From assembly GCA_020137815.1 (NCBI GenBank), contig CM035359.1, positions 7,130,001 to 7,194,000 of the forward strand: DNA of 64,000 nt. The letters run 5' to 3'. A program made the position numbers and the translations under genes. The notes below the pieces were generated by a model. It worked only from the letters and a program-made list of their open reading frames with translations. It had not been told where the DNA came from and made no database searches. How positions within the stretch are numbered: position 1 is the stretch's first letter; each line of letters starts with the position of its first letter. Of this stretch, positions 23,394-38,039 are shown piece after piece. The stretch comes from Hormiphora californensis. Its lineage: Eukaryota; Animalia; Ctenophora.

Positions 23394-26300
23394 CCCCTCC
23401 CATTTGATCCAGGAAGCACTTAGTGCAGGAGGCATGTTGCCTGGAAGCCCTGCTAGTGTGTGGCGGGAAGCAGTAGACTCCTCTTTGTACCTCACCAAGA
23501 AATACCACCTCAATGTGGTAACATCACCTGCACCCCTCCCAGGAGTGGTAGTAGAACCTCTAACTTCGGTGACAGAGTAAGAAAGTAGCTAGTTAGTAGC
23601 CAGTTCTGAAGGAAGGGGAATATAGTCTGGTGGTAGAACCTCTCAGAAAGTAGCTAGTTAGTACTGCCTAGTCTTGTTAAACCACTTTAGAGCGACAAGT
23701 GCGGTCATAAGAAGTGTGTGTACATGTGTGTGTGAACAGTGAAGTGCTAGTCTGGAGAAATGAGGTACCTGATACAGCTTACACTTCGTAACCACACCTA
23801 GTTCTAGGATGTACCGAAAGAGATTGGATGTTCTCTGGGCTGGCTCCTAAAATTAGGTGTTTCAAGGTGTAATTATTGTACTGCAAGACCTGGAATATTC
23901 TGGAAGGAGAGTTGCATACTGAGAAACCTAACACTGACCCAGTCATTATCACAGCTGTACCCCTCCTTATCTAAAATCTAAACAAAGTGCAAATTGATGT
24001 GCAGAGTTCCTCCAGTCACTCGGGCATCCCTCACTTTCTCCAACAGCACAATTCCTCCTCACCTCTAAGATATCCTTTCCCTTAAGGCTCAACTAAACTT
24101 TATCCCTCCCCCAGATCCACTTTATTTAACCCCATCCCTCCCCCAGATACATTTAATCAGTTATCTAACCCCACTATCCCTTCTCAGATTCGTCCGATTC
24201 ACCTGCACTGTGTAGCAGTTACCTGTGTTTACATTGCAGTGAAGCTTCAGGAGGAGCAGCAGGTTAGAAGAATAAGTTTGTTTGTCTGTTTGTTTCTGTG
24301 TCAGTTGGTGTGTTTCCCGTTATTGTATTGTCATGTCGAGTGTTGGTGATACTGCAATGCAACATGTTACTCCTTTTCTTTTCTGAAGCTTTTTTTGCAC
24401 CTCTGAAACTATCTATTTCAAAAGAAGCGTGAAACATGCTTTTTTTTGTGCATTTATTGCAGTAATGTGAGAGAGACAAAAAGAGAGGCCCTGTGATAAC
24501 TGCAGATAGTGTGAAGGTGGTAAACAGGTCTTTGTTTTAGAATGTTTAGTCGCTGATTCGAGCTGCCAGGTGACATGTGTGAAGGAATGTGTGAAGGAAG
24601 GTGTGCAAGTGAAGAACACTAGACGTGTTCGAATCTTTTAAAAAGCCTGTAGAAAGGCCTCTCAACGTCTGACTTGTTCTCAGTTTGTCAGTCTGTCCAG
24701 TTTGTCAGTTGGTTTGTCAGTTTGTCAGTATTATTGGACTGTTGACAAGTTCTAAGTTGGCGGCGTGCCTCTCGCACTGAAGCCAGTTATTCCCTGTCAA
24801 TCCTTGTACACAACCCTCCCGACACTCAACCCCTCTCCACACACACAGTCTTCTAATCTTTCACACTGTTTATCTTTCTTCCCAATCTGCCCAGACTGTA
24901 CTGACCCAAACTGGACTAATCGGAGCCAACAACAATGACCCCCATATCACGCTAATTACCTTACTCTCGTTTTTTAAGAAACGCTTTAGTAAGAAACTTG
25001 TTTATAAGAAACTTTTTAAATGTAGATCACACAATTCAGAGACACCACAACAAAATAGAACACCCCTAACTTGTTAAGTTTCTTGATAAAGAAGAAATTC
25101 TTTTTGTTTTTGGATTGCTAACACCTGTAGTTTCCTAGAAAAAAAGTTTCTTATTTAAAAGTTTCTTGAAATATGCGAGCTTAATTAACGAGAGTAAGGT
25201 ATCTTTACCCCCTCTCTCTCTATCTGTATAAGATATATGACAGCCAAGTCGGGTAAAATTAACCTGTCATATACCTTGTCAGATTACACTCCAGACAACT
25301 TCCTTATTAGCCCCCCCCCCACCCCCCACCTTTATAAACACACATCACAAGATGGTGGATTTAAGTTTTAAGTCTGGAGACTAGGAACCATTAACCAGCC
25401 ATATTATATTTTATATCCTCAGCTCTCTCCCCATTACATTTCTAGAATATTCAAGAACCTCACTATTCCCTGAATATTATACAGATGCACTCTCAGATAA
25501 CTATAGTAGGTTTATTATACTCTCTGTGGGGGCGCCTGTCTATAATAGCACTACTCAGTACTCAAGACTCGCCAACAAAAGATAGTGAGAGAGAGCCGAG
25601 AGGGAGAGATTAATGATGTCCCCTACTTACAGCGACACCGCCATTCTGTCTATTACTTAGTTACACACAATGCAAGATTCATCAAATCTCCCAAATCCGA
25701 AATCTTATCTAATCAGTAGAATATCTGGAGCATATATTATTATCTGTGAAGAAACCACACTCATTGACGTCATAATTCGTGACGTCACGCTTCTCTAGTT
25801 TCATCTTCTAGACCGTTCCATCTTGTCGTAATGGAGACTTTAGGTAGACCACCCACCACCAGTAGAGTCGTCTAGAACTTGTTACAGGGGTATCTAATAC
25901 CGGCTGTAAATCTATCCACGGCGAAGGAACATTTCTGGCTCTAAATATTTTCCATATTATATTCCCTGGTATATATCGATTAGAACATGTAACCTGCTGT
26001 AACTGCAGTAACTCGCAGTATAAATATTTCCAGATATTTCGCAAGATGTGCCTCTCTACCCACCAGCAGATATAATGCCTCATTTTCCCAGCTACCCACT
26101 ACTAGTGCTGTCTGTGTGCCTCTCTACCCACCTCAGCAGCAGATATAATGCCTCATTTTCCCAGCTACCCACTACTAGTGCTGTCTGTGTAGATATGTTT
26201 ACAGCTCACAGTTGAGAAACACACCACTAACATGTACACGTGCAGTATAATAGTGATCTATATAGGTGAAGTGATCTCGGATATATGATGTGATTCTATC

Positions 26301-26522
26301 TAATATTAGAGTCACATGATCTACCAATGATTCGTAGGAGGGTAGATAACACTACAACTTACCAGTGTACTACGTTTTGTACGTCTTCTTGTGAGACTAT
26401 CCAATGACATGCAGCTAGGTAGGTCTATCTCACTGCCCTAGCTACCTCTACTGCACTGCAGAATTTAGCTGGCTTCGTTGGAGATACTAGCATCACAACA
26501 AGCAAACACACAGGTCCAGTGT

Positions 26523-26571
<49 letters not shown>

Positions 26572-29500
26572 GCCTCCTTGGCCAATTCCCGAAAGTGCAC
26601 GAGAAGCATGTTGAATTCCAATCAAAACCACTTGACATGTGCGATCTTCCTTCCATTCTCTCTCACTCTATATCTCACTCTATCTCTCACTCTATCTCTC
26701 ACTCTATATCTCACCCCTCTCTGAAGCTACATAGGCAGTTGCTATGGCAACCTGTACATACAATCGAACTGATTCTCCCCGATTCTCCATGCTTTAGTTG
26801 TCATGGTACCCATAGAAATCAGGGGGCTGTAAAATAGGTTTGTAGGAGGAGGAGGGCTGTAAAAGGAGCGTTCCTTTTCGATGTATTCGTGAGATGAAAC
26901 CAGATATATATTTTTCTTTCTCCCTTTCTTTCTCGCTCATTCCTCTATCTCCAATTTCCTATTTTCTTTCTGTCACGATCAAGTTTGGCCATTCTTTTTT
27001 TCTAGAATATCTTATAGATAGATCGAGTTCCCAATGTCACGTGACGCATCAAGTTACTTCGGAGAGTTAGCTATTTGTTAGGCTACAACTCTGCAGGTCC
27101 TGAGTAATAATACACAAGTTTAAACATGTCCGCTGGTCTTGGATCTAGAAAATCTAATTATGTGGCAGCTCCTGAGAGATGTTTATTTAGCAGTGATCCC
27201 TGAACTCTGGATCAAATCCAAGTCTACTAAAATATTCCACGGAAGATCGTAACTGAAGTCAGTATATCCTCCAACTTCTGAACATAAGTTAGAAGTTTTC
27301 TAAAAAAAAATACTATTCATTGCTTTGGTGTTCTACAGTTGGTTGGTTGGTTGTAAGACTACATAAAACTATTGGTTGGCATGTTTTAGAGGTGTGTCGA
27401 CACTGTGTCGGTACATTCCTTAGGAAGTAAGAGGGTAATGCAATCAATGAACCATGTCGCCATGTGTACCGTATCATGGAGGGTACCAGTGTTGTTGCCC
27501 CGTTGTTGCTAGTGCCATCAACGGGTGACAAAAGATGGTGTTTAGATCTCTCTCTTCATTGTGATTTTCAGCCCTTCTTTTCCCGCGAACATTAATTGTC
27601 TCTATAGAGGATTTGGCAAGCAGATCTAATCAGAGATTCTACCAGTGACCACGCCTATCTCCCCCAAGTATTGGTTTTTCCCATGCCTGTCCAATGTAGG
27701 AGAGAGATTGCCGATTGGGACATTGGTTTCAAAACAAAAACAAATGGTTTATTGGAAACAAAGTGATCTATATCATTACAAACTACACTATATCATTAGA
27801 TCCGACAAGTCCAGTTTCCCTGTAGGCAGCTAGGGAGAGAAACATACATTTACTAAGAGAGAGAGAGGAAAGTCCAGTTCCCCCGTCTAACTGGGTGGAA
27901 TGACAACAACCAATCAGAACTTGTTATTTAGGTCACGTGACTGGTTATCAGCCAATCAGGGACCAGTATTTCCTGGTTCGGTCGGTTCCCCGTCTAACTG
28001 GGTGGAATGACCTTCATGAAGTACAGAGTGTGTACATCAGCAGGTCTCTTGTTGTCATTGCTACCCTCAAGTTTACAGGACACATCAGCCGACATGACCA
28101 CGGTCCACCCGTGCTGCTCCGCTATCCTCATCATCCTGCCCAACATGGCTTTAGCGTGGTATGTAGCGCCCCCTTTAGTTGGCCACGTGTTCTGCCAGGC
28201 CCACCCATTCAGATTCACCTCCAGGTTCCCCTCGGGCAGTTGACACTCACTTGCAACTCCATGTGGGTAGCAGTGGTAGATGGCATCCCTCATTGGGACA
28301 CCTACATCTAGCGGGAAGTCTAGCAGCCTTATCCTGTTCAGGCTGGTGAGAGCGAGGCAGGCGAATTTGCAGTTCATTGGGTAGGGCTCTCGTTTGAAGA
28401 GTAGAGAGGCTTTATCCGTTATACTCTTGCTAACATCAATCGCATAGTACGGGACGTACCCGTTAGCTGCCATCATCTCCATAACCCGGGATAAAGATCT
28501 TCTTAGCCTGGACCGCCTCGTGGTTGGAACAGTGCCAGGGAGTTCCCCGGATCTTCACCTCCATACAGCCATAGTAATCAATATTCTCCTGAATTGTCAG
28601 ACCCGCCACACTGAGGGCTGATTTCAGTTGTTCAAAGAGGTGATTGCAGTTGATCAGCCTCAGTCTGTCCATCTTGCTGAGGGAGATCATAACCATATCG
28701 TTAGGATGAGCGGAGTAGGTTGGGTCGTACATAAAGAAATAGCTATCAGTTCGTCCCTTTCAGATTGGTAGGCCGCGATTAACCTCCAATTTAGACCACC
28801 CAACCGTCCTGCCATATTGCAAATCAACCTCCTAGTGTTGATGCCATCCTCATGTATATGGCCCCAGTACCCGTTAGTTTTATCTCACAGAACCTCTCCC
28901 CAGCAGCCATCCCCTCACTGAACATCCGCCGTTCCTTTTGGCCAGCAGTCCTGTATTGCCATGAGAACGGCCTGCTTGATGTGTTCGTCATGGTGTAGTA
29001 GGGTCAGCTTGTCATTGGTCGACCCGCCTGGTGCTATGCAGCATACACGTGTAGTCCGGGAGGCAGGAGGTGCCTGACTCTTAGTAAAGAACCAGGTGGC
29101 GTTATCACCCACCCTGGACAGATCCGAACTCACCACCAGGTTATAACCCAGAGCGTACATCTCTTCAAACAACCGGAGTACAAAATACTTTCCCAGAGTC
29201 CCGAGTTCCTTTCCACCTCCCCGTGCAAATGTCATGTAGCTGGACCCAACCTGCATTTTCAATGTCCCGTAGTACTCCTTTATGGGTGGTGTGGTAGACC
29301 CAGTTTTAGTCTGTATCTCTTGGTCTAGTCTGGTCAGCAGTGCCAGCACATCTGGAGGGACATTCATGGCTCTAATCCTGCTCCGTCCACTAATACCTAT
29401 CACAACAAAGGCATCCGGCTGGTATGTCACCGGCATCTCACTTGAAACGTTCCCCATTTTATACACTGAGCTAGATCATGGGAAATATTCAGGGTTAGGT

Positions 29501-32071
29501 TGGGAGAGAAGCTTTGACTCCTTCATAAATCTACGGAACGGACGCAACAAAGGCATACACACGAAGAAGAAAAGCGATATGATATGAGTGTGTGTGTCGG
29601 AAGTAAAATAGACACTTCAACACATTCCATTCAATACAATTAGTTGAAACATCAGATAGATCAAAGTGAACAGTGCCGCAGCAGTAAATGTACTACACCT
29701 AATTATCCACCTAATTATCCTATATATAACCTAGATTTAATATTTCCAATCTCTCTGTAGTGAGCGAGATTTAGTCAAGATAGAAATTTTAATAGATACA
29801 CAATGGCACACACTAACTACGTCAATGGTTTTCTTTGTGTAAGCTTGTCGACATCCAATTCCAGTTATTAAGAGAGATAACACCCGACATAGGCATTATT
29901 AGCTTGCATAATTGCATTGGCCTGCAGGAATAATATTCTGGTGAAAATACCAGGCGCCTGGTATAATTTCCCCAGAACATTATTCCTTGTTATTCCAGAC
30001 TGGCTGGCAGAATGGACAAGATGTGTATAACGTGAGAGAGAGGTGTTCCAGTCTACACTTCCTAGTACGGGTTTGTGTGGAAGAGAGTGTCTGCATAAAC
30101 TGAACAATAAAATCAGTCTAGAGGAGTCTATAACACGAGAAAGAAGTGACTTTATATATAGATCATGACTCATTCTGTCGCCATTCTGTGATTGTTTGTT
30201 GTTATTGGTAAACCGCTCTCATCTCATTGGTCCAGCCACAGGCACACTGCACAGTATCGACAAGTCACAAGAAACATTATGTTACCGGAAGCATGCATAA
30301 TGTCCTGTATAACACACATAGAAGATTGTAATAATTAAAGGGGCCTTATGACCGGTGTGTCACATGATGATGTTGGGAAGTTGTCCTTCCCATCCACACA
30401 CCATTCCTTTATTCTGGAAGCCCTACTTCCCAAGCACGCCGCCCCTTACACATTTCATATTATGTGAAACTCAGATTTCAGATCTGAGTAGAAGGGGGCT
30501 TTATAAAAACAAATATTTCACCTTCTATTCCTTCTTCATTACATAGTGTTTCTAGAAATCCCTTGTGAATTCTTTAGTTGATCTCACACCACCCTTCTCC
30601 CTCAATTACAAACTCACAAACTACTCTACTCAGCTCTATTAACACTCCTAAATCCTAGCTGACCCCCTAGCAGACCCCATTCACTGACCCCTCTTTCCCC
30701 TCTCAGTACATTCCGGACGCTAAAGGTCTGATTGAAGCCTCCATCAAGACAGAGTTAGGGACCCCGTTCTACAGCCACACTGACCTCCTCCGCATGGAGA
30801 GGAAGGTTCTAGACAAACTGGAGTGGGCTCTAAACCCCGTCACCCCCCTCATCATGCTCGAATTGGTAGGTACAGCTGGGTGACATGTGACATTCCACTC
30901 AATCATTGAGTCTCAATGCCGCGGAGTATATTTAAACTTTGTTACAGACACCTCGAACTTTGTTACAGACACCTCAAACTTTGTTACAGACAACTCAAAC
31001 TTTGTTACAGACAACTCAAAGTTTTCTCTGTCATAATATTATGTTAGTATCTGTTCTTTAGCTAGATTTAAGGTTGACGCATAGCGCTTTTATTATGTAA
31101 GGGGGCGTAGAGCGAAATTTATCGCTGAGTAAGACAAATAATATGCGATGCGTCACGAGTTCTTCAACTCAGCATTTTTTTTCTCTCTCTCCTTGCTTCT
31201 CTCCAATTACCTCCTTTTAATCTCAAATTTCGTTCTCTCCCCCCTTTTTTCCCCCCTTTTTTTTTCCCCTTTTCCCCCCCCCCAAAACTCCCCCCCCCCC
31301 TTTTTTTTGTTTTCCCCCCCTTTTCCCCTTTTCTTATTCTCTCCCCTCTCTCTCCCCCTCCTCTTTTTCTCCCTTTTTTTTTCCCCCCCCGACCCCCCCT
31401 CCTCTCCCCCTTTTTTCCCCCCCTTTTTTCCCCCCCCCCCCCCCCCCACCCGTTATCCCAAAAACCTTTTTCTCCTCTCCCGCCTCTCTTTTCCTCTTCC
31501 CTTCCCACGGGGGGCCCCCCGCTGGGCTAAAAAGCCCCCTTTCTGGTTTTTCCCCCCCCTAAAATGGCCCCCAAAATATAAAGTGGACAAACATAAGCTT
31601 TCCCCAAAATAGAGCTACTACCTCTACATAAAAAGAACACACGGAAAGAAGAAAGCTGACTGCAGGACATTTGGGAAAAATTTTAGAAAGAAAAGGAAAA
31701 ATGGGTTGAAATGACAACATAAAACGAAGCTCGGGGCTATTGAAAATGGCTAACCAAAAAGAAGGGGGAATTGGGAGAAAACAGTGCAATGGCTTAAATT
31801 CGGTTTGTTTTTTATTTTAAATGGTTAAAAACTTGGGTCAAATATCGAGAAGTTCTTCAACTCAAGCATTTTTTTTCTCTCAAATCTCTACACTCTCCTG
31901 CTATCTCTCCAACTCTCCACCTCTGCACGACTCTGCAGATTTCGTAGCTCTCTCCCTTTCTCTCTCTCACCTCAAGTACTGGGGCCTTTCGGGTCGAGAT
32001 CGTCAGAGAGCAGATCTTCTCTCTCTTCTCGCTCTACTATCCTCTATCTCTCTCGCTCTCCTCTCCCCTCT

Positions 32072-32106
<35 letters not shown>

Positions 32107-33553
32107 AAAATATACGACAGTTGATAGCACCAAGAAGACATCTATTATACTACACATACTACACGCAGCACTACTACGGATCTACATCTAATACACACTA
32201 CAACGGAGAGCCAACACACAAGCAGTAAAGAAAGAAAGAACTAAGAACAGAACAGCACGCAGCATTATCTAGAAGTTAGAAAACACACACATAGAGAAAT
32301 GAGCTACACAGAACATATATAGAGTGGTACATAGCATAGAGCTGTACATAACATAGAGCTGGGGAGCTACCTGCTACATAGAGAAATGAGCTACACAGAC
32401 TGAAGACAATGGCTGTACTGCAGTGTACATGTGTGTATTTTGAAGATGTGTGTAGAAAGAAAATGGAAATGGGCTGGAAATGAAACAACACCATTAAAAC
32501 ATGATACACTGCGTCTGCCGTCTGGAATTGGAATAATGGCTGAACAAAGAGGAGAGAGGGGGACATTTGTGAGATTAGAACAGCTGCAATGTGTACTTAA
32601 GATTCAGAAAATTGTTCCTCAATGCTATTATTCATCACATGGTTTAATTTAAAACCTTCGAGCTTTGAGTTGTATCTTGCCTTGCTCGAACCTCTCTCAC
32701 CGCATAACATAACGACCCTCTCTCTCACAGTCACTACATGATATTCACACATTTCAGTCTAGGGGAGTGTGATCCCACATATTATATCAATATGTGTTAT
32801 GTGTTATGCAAACTATGTCTGAAGATAAACATCCTCTTTCACACCTTTGGTGTCCGCCAGAGAGAGAGAGGAATATAATGTTTGACGGTACAAGGTTTCA
32901 TAGTAGAGGAGAGAGAGAAATAAGAGGGAAATATTGTTTGACAGATAGAGGCGAGAGAGGTACTGTAGAAGTTGCAGTCCAATGAAAGGTGTTTTCAGAT
33001 GAAATCTAGTTCGTTGGAATTAGTGTAACTGACAGACATACACTGACCAGGTGTGTGTGTGTGTGTGTTTGATTAATTACTTTCTCCACTGGCCACTCTC
33101 GATTGAGAAAGAGGGAGAGAGGGAGAGAGAGTGAGAGAGAGAGGCAGAGAGAGAAAAGGGAGAGAGGGTTAGAGAGAGAGGCAGAGAGAGGGTTAGAGAG
33201 GCAGAGAGGGGGGAGGGAGAGAGAGAAAAGGGAAGGGTGGACAAGGGTTTGGGACAGGTTGAGTCGGATCGGGGGAGGCGATAGAATGGACTGCAGGTTC
33301 TTTGATAACATACTGCAATAATTACTGCCACATTCCACTATACTGCTGCTGGTGGTAGTGAGAAGAGAATAGGAAAACATTGATTAGCGTGCCACACTGG
33401 AGTTTGGAGAACAACCAATATACCAGCAGGGAAAACACACAGTTTACCGCCAGAAACGTAATGAGAGAGGGTAGATGCAGTGACTTTTCCCGCTCGAGTT
33501 TTTCCGCCAATATTGGTGCAGGCCACAGCTAAATGCACCTCATTGTAACTATT

Positions 33554-33616
<63 letters not shown>

Positions 33617-33889
33617 CTCTTTCCCTCCCCTTTCCCTCCCATCTCTCACTGTCCATTTATCCCGAGCAATAAAAGGTGCCTTGTATGACTTAGGGCACTT
33701 AGCGAGAAAGAGAGGCAGAGTGAGAGAGAGAAAGAGAGAGCGAGAGAGGGAAAGAAAGAGAGAGCGAGAGAGAGCCCGGCCCCGGCCCTGGAGGGTGATG
33801 CATTAGACCCTATTTATACCAAACATGGTCAAAATACACTGTCTAATGGATCACCATACAGCACGATCATCTGCACCCTACATGCATAC

Positions 33890-33981
<92 letters not shown>

Positions 33982-34053
33982 CATCTTTGTTGCAGCAGGT
34001 GCTACATCAATCACACCAAGAGCGGTTAGCTAAATACACACACACACACTCTT

Positions 34054-34093
<40 letters not shown>

Positions 34094-36220
34094 CCCCCCC
34101 CCACATTCCAGAATCCCCCGATCTCCTCCTCCACTCTGAGTAGCTGAGTGTTCAGTGGCTGGCGGTCCCTTTCAAAGAGAGACATCCAGTTGACCCGCTC
34201 TGTCTGACGAACCGACAAGAAGAACATACACGCCCTCCTTCTCTCTCTATCTCTCTCCCTCTTTCTTTCTCTCTCTCTCTTTTTCTCTCTCTCTCTGCTC
34301 TATGTCACATCAAAAGCGGAAATTTCCTTCTTAAAATACGCGTGTCGCCCCATTCATGGGTCCTACCTAAACCAATTTGACAAAATAAAATATGCAAAAC
34401 ACATGTCTCCTACTGACCAACACAGTGGACTCATACTTTCGACAATTTAGGTTCGAAAAACAGACAAGTTTTCTCATCTAACATCCTCTATCTAACATCC
34501 TCTATCTAACCCCCTCTCTTCTCTCTAACCCCCTCTCGTCTCTTCAGTATTTCGGGATTGCAGCGAGTGAGGGGTGCCTGTCACTGGAGGACAATGCTAA
34601 CGAGGAGCTAGCTACCCTAACAGAGCAACTACACAGGGCACTAACATACTCTTCCATCGCAATGTACACGGTGAGTTGAATAGAACCTTAGAACAACATA
34701 TTACTTGGGGAGGGGGAGAGTTCACCCGTACAAAATGAATTGACCCTTAGAACAAAACAGACTATTACTTGGGGAGGGGGAGAGTAGGAGAAATGAATTG
34801 AACTATGATGTTTCTAAGAAACCCGTATGTGTTTTACGGGGGCCGGGGTCAATCAATTTCTCATTTCTTGGATTTGTAATATTGGTTCTTGGAAAGGGGT
34901 CGTTTAGAAACTCAATGAAGCTTGCATTATTAGAAGGTATATGAGAACAAAAGGGTGTCTCCTCTATTGTGTGGGGAGTGGTATGTCCAATGACAGTGAA
35001 TATCATAGCTCCAAGATATACAATTGTTCGCAATTGTTCATTTCACTGTCACACGTTATACCTTCACGAAGTGGTGTGTGAGACAGTGAAACAGGGTGAA
35101 CAGGGGTGTATCTCGGAGTTGTTCAGTGTTCACTTCAGTTAGTGCGGGATGGTATAATAGTGCACTGAATGGTATAGTACACTGAATGTTCTAGAAGATA
35201 GGTGTCTGATAACCAATTGTAATACTCGATAGAGATACATGGGAATCAATAGAAGGGGGTGAAGTGTGATTACTGTTATCAATTGTCAACTGTCACCACT
35301 CACATGTCTATCAACTATCCGACTATCCGACTATCTCTCTCCTCTCTCCTCTCTCCCGCTATCTAACTAACTCTCCCGCTATCTGAGTATGCTCTAGAAA
35401 CAGCTGCTGAAATTACAACTTCATGTCGGTTCCCTCCCCCTTATTATCAGTCCATTCATTTTCGAGCAGCTGTTCACATTCGATGTATCTTTTTAAAATC
35501 ACTCCAACCATCCGGTCCAGTTTAAAACAGCCTTCTGCTACACACTGTTGTTGCTGTCTCTGTGGAAGCGAGAGAAGAGAGAAGAGAGATGGCATTATGG
35601 AGAAGGAGATAGAGAGGGAGGGAGATAGAGTTAGAAAGATATAAAGAAAGAGAGATAGAGAGAAATAGAGCTCGAGAGTAAGAGAAAGATAGAGAGATAA
35701 ATAGAAGGATAGACCGGCTGCTTTGTGACCATGTAGTATGCAAGCTTGCGTCTTGTTGCCTGTAGAGAATTTTAACTATTTCTCTCCTGTAAGCTTTGCA
35801 CACTAGGCAAACAAGAAGAGTCGCTTCTATTCTGAGAGGAGAAGAGAGAGAGAGAAATGAGAGATAGGGAGAGAGAGATGAGAGATAGGGAGAGAGAGAA
35901 GAAGAGAGGTAGGGAGAGAGAAGAAGAGAGATAGAGAGAGAAGAAGAGAGATAGGGAGATAGAAGAAGAGAGATAGGGAGAGAGAGAAATGAGAAGAAGA
36001 AGGATAGGAGAAAGATGAAGAACTTTAGAAGTTTTGCAACTTGCTGTAACGCGCGGGTGTTCTACTCTCATGTAGCGAGTAAGCCAGTAGGGTGGGGGAC
36101 GGTGCGCGGCCCAAATTCAAATGAAGGGGTTCCTTCTAAAAATAGCCCAGTGGGTTGGAGAGGAATACTCCAGAAGATTAATGGTGTTCATCCCCTTCCG
36201 GGTTCACATTTCCAGATAAT

Positions 36221-36312
<92 letters not shown>

Positions 36313-36615
36313 TCTCTCCAATGTTAGCTAATTAGTAGCAGGGAGTGTTGAGGCTAGTCTTGAAAATTTAAAATGGGACTGAGAATAAATATGGTTCAAT
36401 CATTAGACTACGATTGGAGAGATTTTAGTTGTAGTCAGCAACATGCCCCTGAACTCAATACTAACCCGCTATTTAACCCTCCAGCCGTCTACGATTGCTC
36501 TAGCTGTGCTGTCTCTACGGTTTTGTGACAGTGCTATGTGGACAGAGAAACTTCTCCCTCTCTTTATTGGTAAGTTCCCAGACACAATTCTATTTTGAAC
36601 TTTGTAACTCAATAA

Positions 36616-36700
<85 letters not shown>

Positions 36701-37438
36701 GCTGTCTCGTTTTACCGCTGACTACAAAACCCGACTATTTAGTGACGCTCAGATTCCACGACTGATATATAACCAACCCCTCCCAAAGAATTTTAACTGC
36801 ATCTTTTTCTGTATTTCAAAGATTCATTCGCTTCCTCGTTCTACCTTTCTAAACTTTATTAAAGATATGTATTTCTATACCACTCTGATCTCTCCCTCAC
36901 AGAGAAGACAAAGCTGTCTGTAGAGGAGTATTACTGTTGTGAGGAATTAATTGAGGAGATGTTATACAGTGCTACATACGACATCGATAGCAATCTCAAC
37001 TCTTGTAAGTAGCAGACTAGCAGCGGTGGGCACTGGGCTGGGGGACTGGTAGTAGTAGTGAGGGACTGATACCTAGTACATGTAGTAATGGGGGACTGGT
37101 AGTAGTAGTAGTGGGGGACTAGTAGTAGTAGTATTAGGTCAGTTGTGTTTCCAATCAAATGCTACCCAAAGTGTGTCACTGAACCTCCTGTTGTTTGATA
37201 AATGCTGGAACAGTTCACTAACACCCCTTCAAATCACTAACACCCCTTCAAATCACTAACACCCCTTCCTCTTCCAGGTGCGATGTTTAAACGGCAGCAC
37301 TCTGCTCTCTTCATCCCAGCGTCCCTCTCATCCCCTGATGACTCTGATGGCTGCCCCTCACCCCCCACTAAGAAGCCGTCCTATGCTGCAATGGTGGCCC
37401 GGTCCCTCAACGATTCTCTCATGTCAATGTCCCTGTAG
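20344..37438 (+). CDS. Cyclin I/G family protein
   Basis: Exons 20344-20469, 20890-21021, 24188-24262, 30707-30865, 34548-34670, 36485-36569, 36903-37004 and 37278-37438 are in frame. Cyclin box: ERDDAV...[15 protein letters not shown]...[11 protein letters not shown]...[22 protein letters not shown]; [11 protein letters not shown]. Confidence 0.9.
20811..20889 (+). repeat. 39-bp tandem duplication of the cyclin exon 2 acceptor
   Basis: ggccccaacttcattttctcactggtttattatttccag twice, immediately before exon 2. Confidence 0.85.
24959..25199. mobile_element. MITE with TA TSD
   Basis: TA|CCTTACTCTCGTT...AACGAGAGTAAGG|TA; internal AAGAAAC/GTTTCTT repeats. Confidence 0.7.
25765..25787. promoter_or_regulatory. 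Two perfect CRE palindromes (TGACGTCA) 7 bp apart
   Basis: TGACGTCA at 25765-25772 and 25780-25787 in cyclin intron 3; motif match only. Confidence 0.3.
26738..26751. promoter_or_regulatory. RFX X-box-like motif
   Basis: GTTGCTATGGCAAC fits the X-box consensus; motif match only. Confidence 0.3.
27905..27987 (-). mobile_element. Truncated copy of the 109-bp hAT-like MITE flanked by a 24-bp duplication
   Basis: Reverse-complement match to 37832-37940; CCCCGTCTAACTGGGTGGAATGAC at 27881-27904 and 27988-28011. Confidence 0.8.
27994..29457 (-). pseudogene. Intronless ~490-aa four-repeat protein gene with several 1-bp frameshifts (pseudogene or sequencing errors), antisense in cyclin intron 3
   Basis: ORFs 28915-29457, 28463-28732 and 27994-28482 join into repeats of pattern R(I/L)RL...YYG..EVK..G.PW...GW....S.D(V/L)S; starts MGNVSS (myristoylation-like); indels at ~28740-28915 and ~28487. 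Confidence 0.7.
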
Positions 37439-37831
37439 GGCTATTCGAACCAGTTGGGACACGTGAGAGAGTGTGTGCACCGTGGTGTGTGACATTCCCC
37501 CCGGTACATTCCTCTGTGTTACCATGGTTACCATGCGTGTTACCATGTGTGTTACCATGGTTACATAATGCCGGCTGTCCCACTGTGCCCTACCAGGTGA
37601 CGGAGATCACATGAGAGTGTTATAAATCTGCTGTTTGTAGAGTCTTGTCCCCTGCAAGAACTCTAATTTCCCAGCTGGGAGAGTCTGATCTCCAAGAACT
37701 CTCCGCATCCCCCCTCCCCCCTTGAACTCGATACATATAAATATATTATGCTTGATTAATGATTATTGCAATTCACATTTCGTCAATATATTACCAAGTG
37801 TGTACCGTGTCTCCCCACTAACACACTAGAC

Positions 37832-37940
37832 CAGGAACCGACCGAATCAGGAAATACTGGTCCCTGATTGGCTGATAACCAGTCACGTGACCTAAATAAC
37901 GAGTTCTGATTGGTTGTTTACTTGTTTCGGTCGGTTCCTG
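37832..37940. mobile_element. 109-bp hAT-like MITE
   Basis: TIR CAGGAACCGACCGAA/TTCGGTCGGTTCCTG; degenerate 8-bp TSD CACTAGAC/CACTGGAT. Confidence 0.8.
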
Positions 37941-38039
37941 CACTGGATATATAGCAAGATCATGTGAGTTCCCCTGGTCACTTCCCATCTCATAGTTAAC
38001 ACTAAATGAGCAGAGTTAGAGATCATTTGTAGGATTGGA

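Noticed and set aside
31148-31850. Pro/Phe- and Gly/Lys-rich ORFs
   Set aside because: Starts like, and appears to be a garbled duplicate of, the sequence from 31851 onward; assembly artefact.
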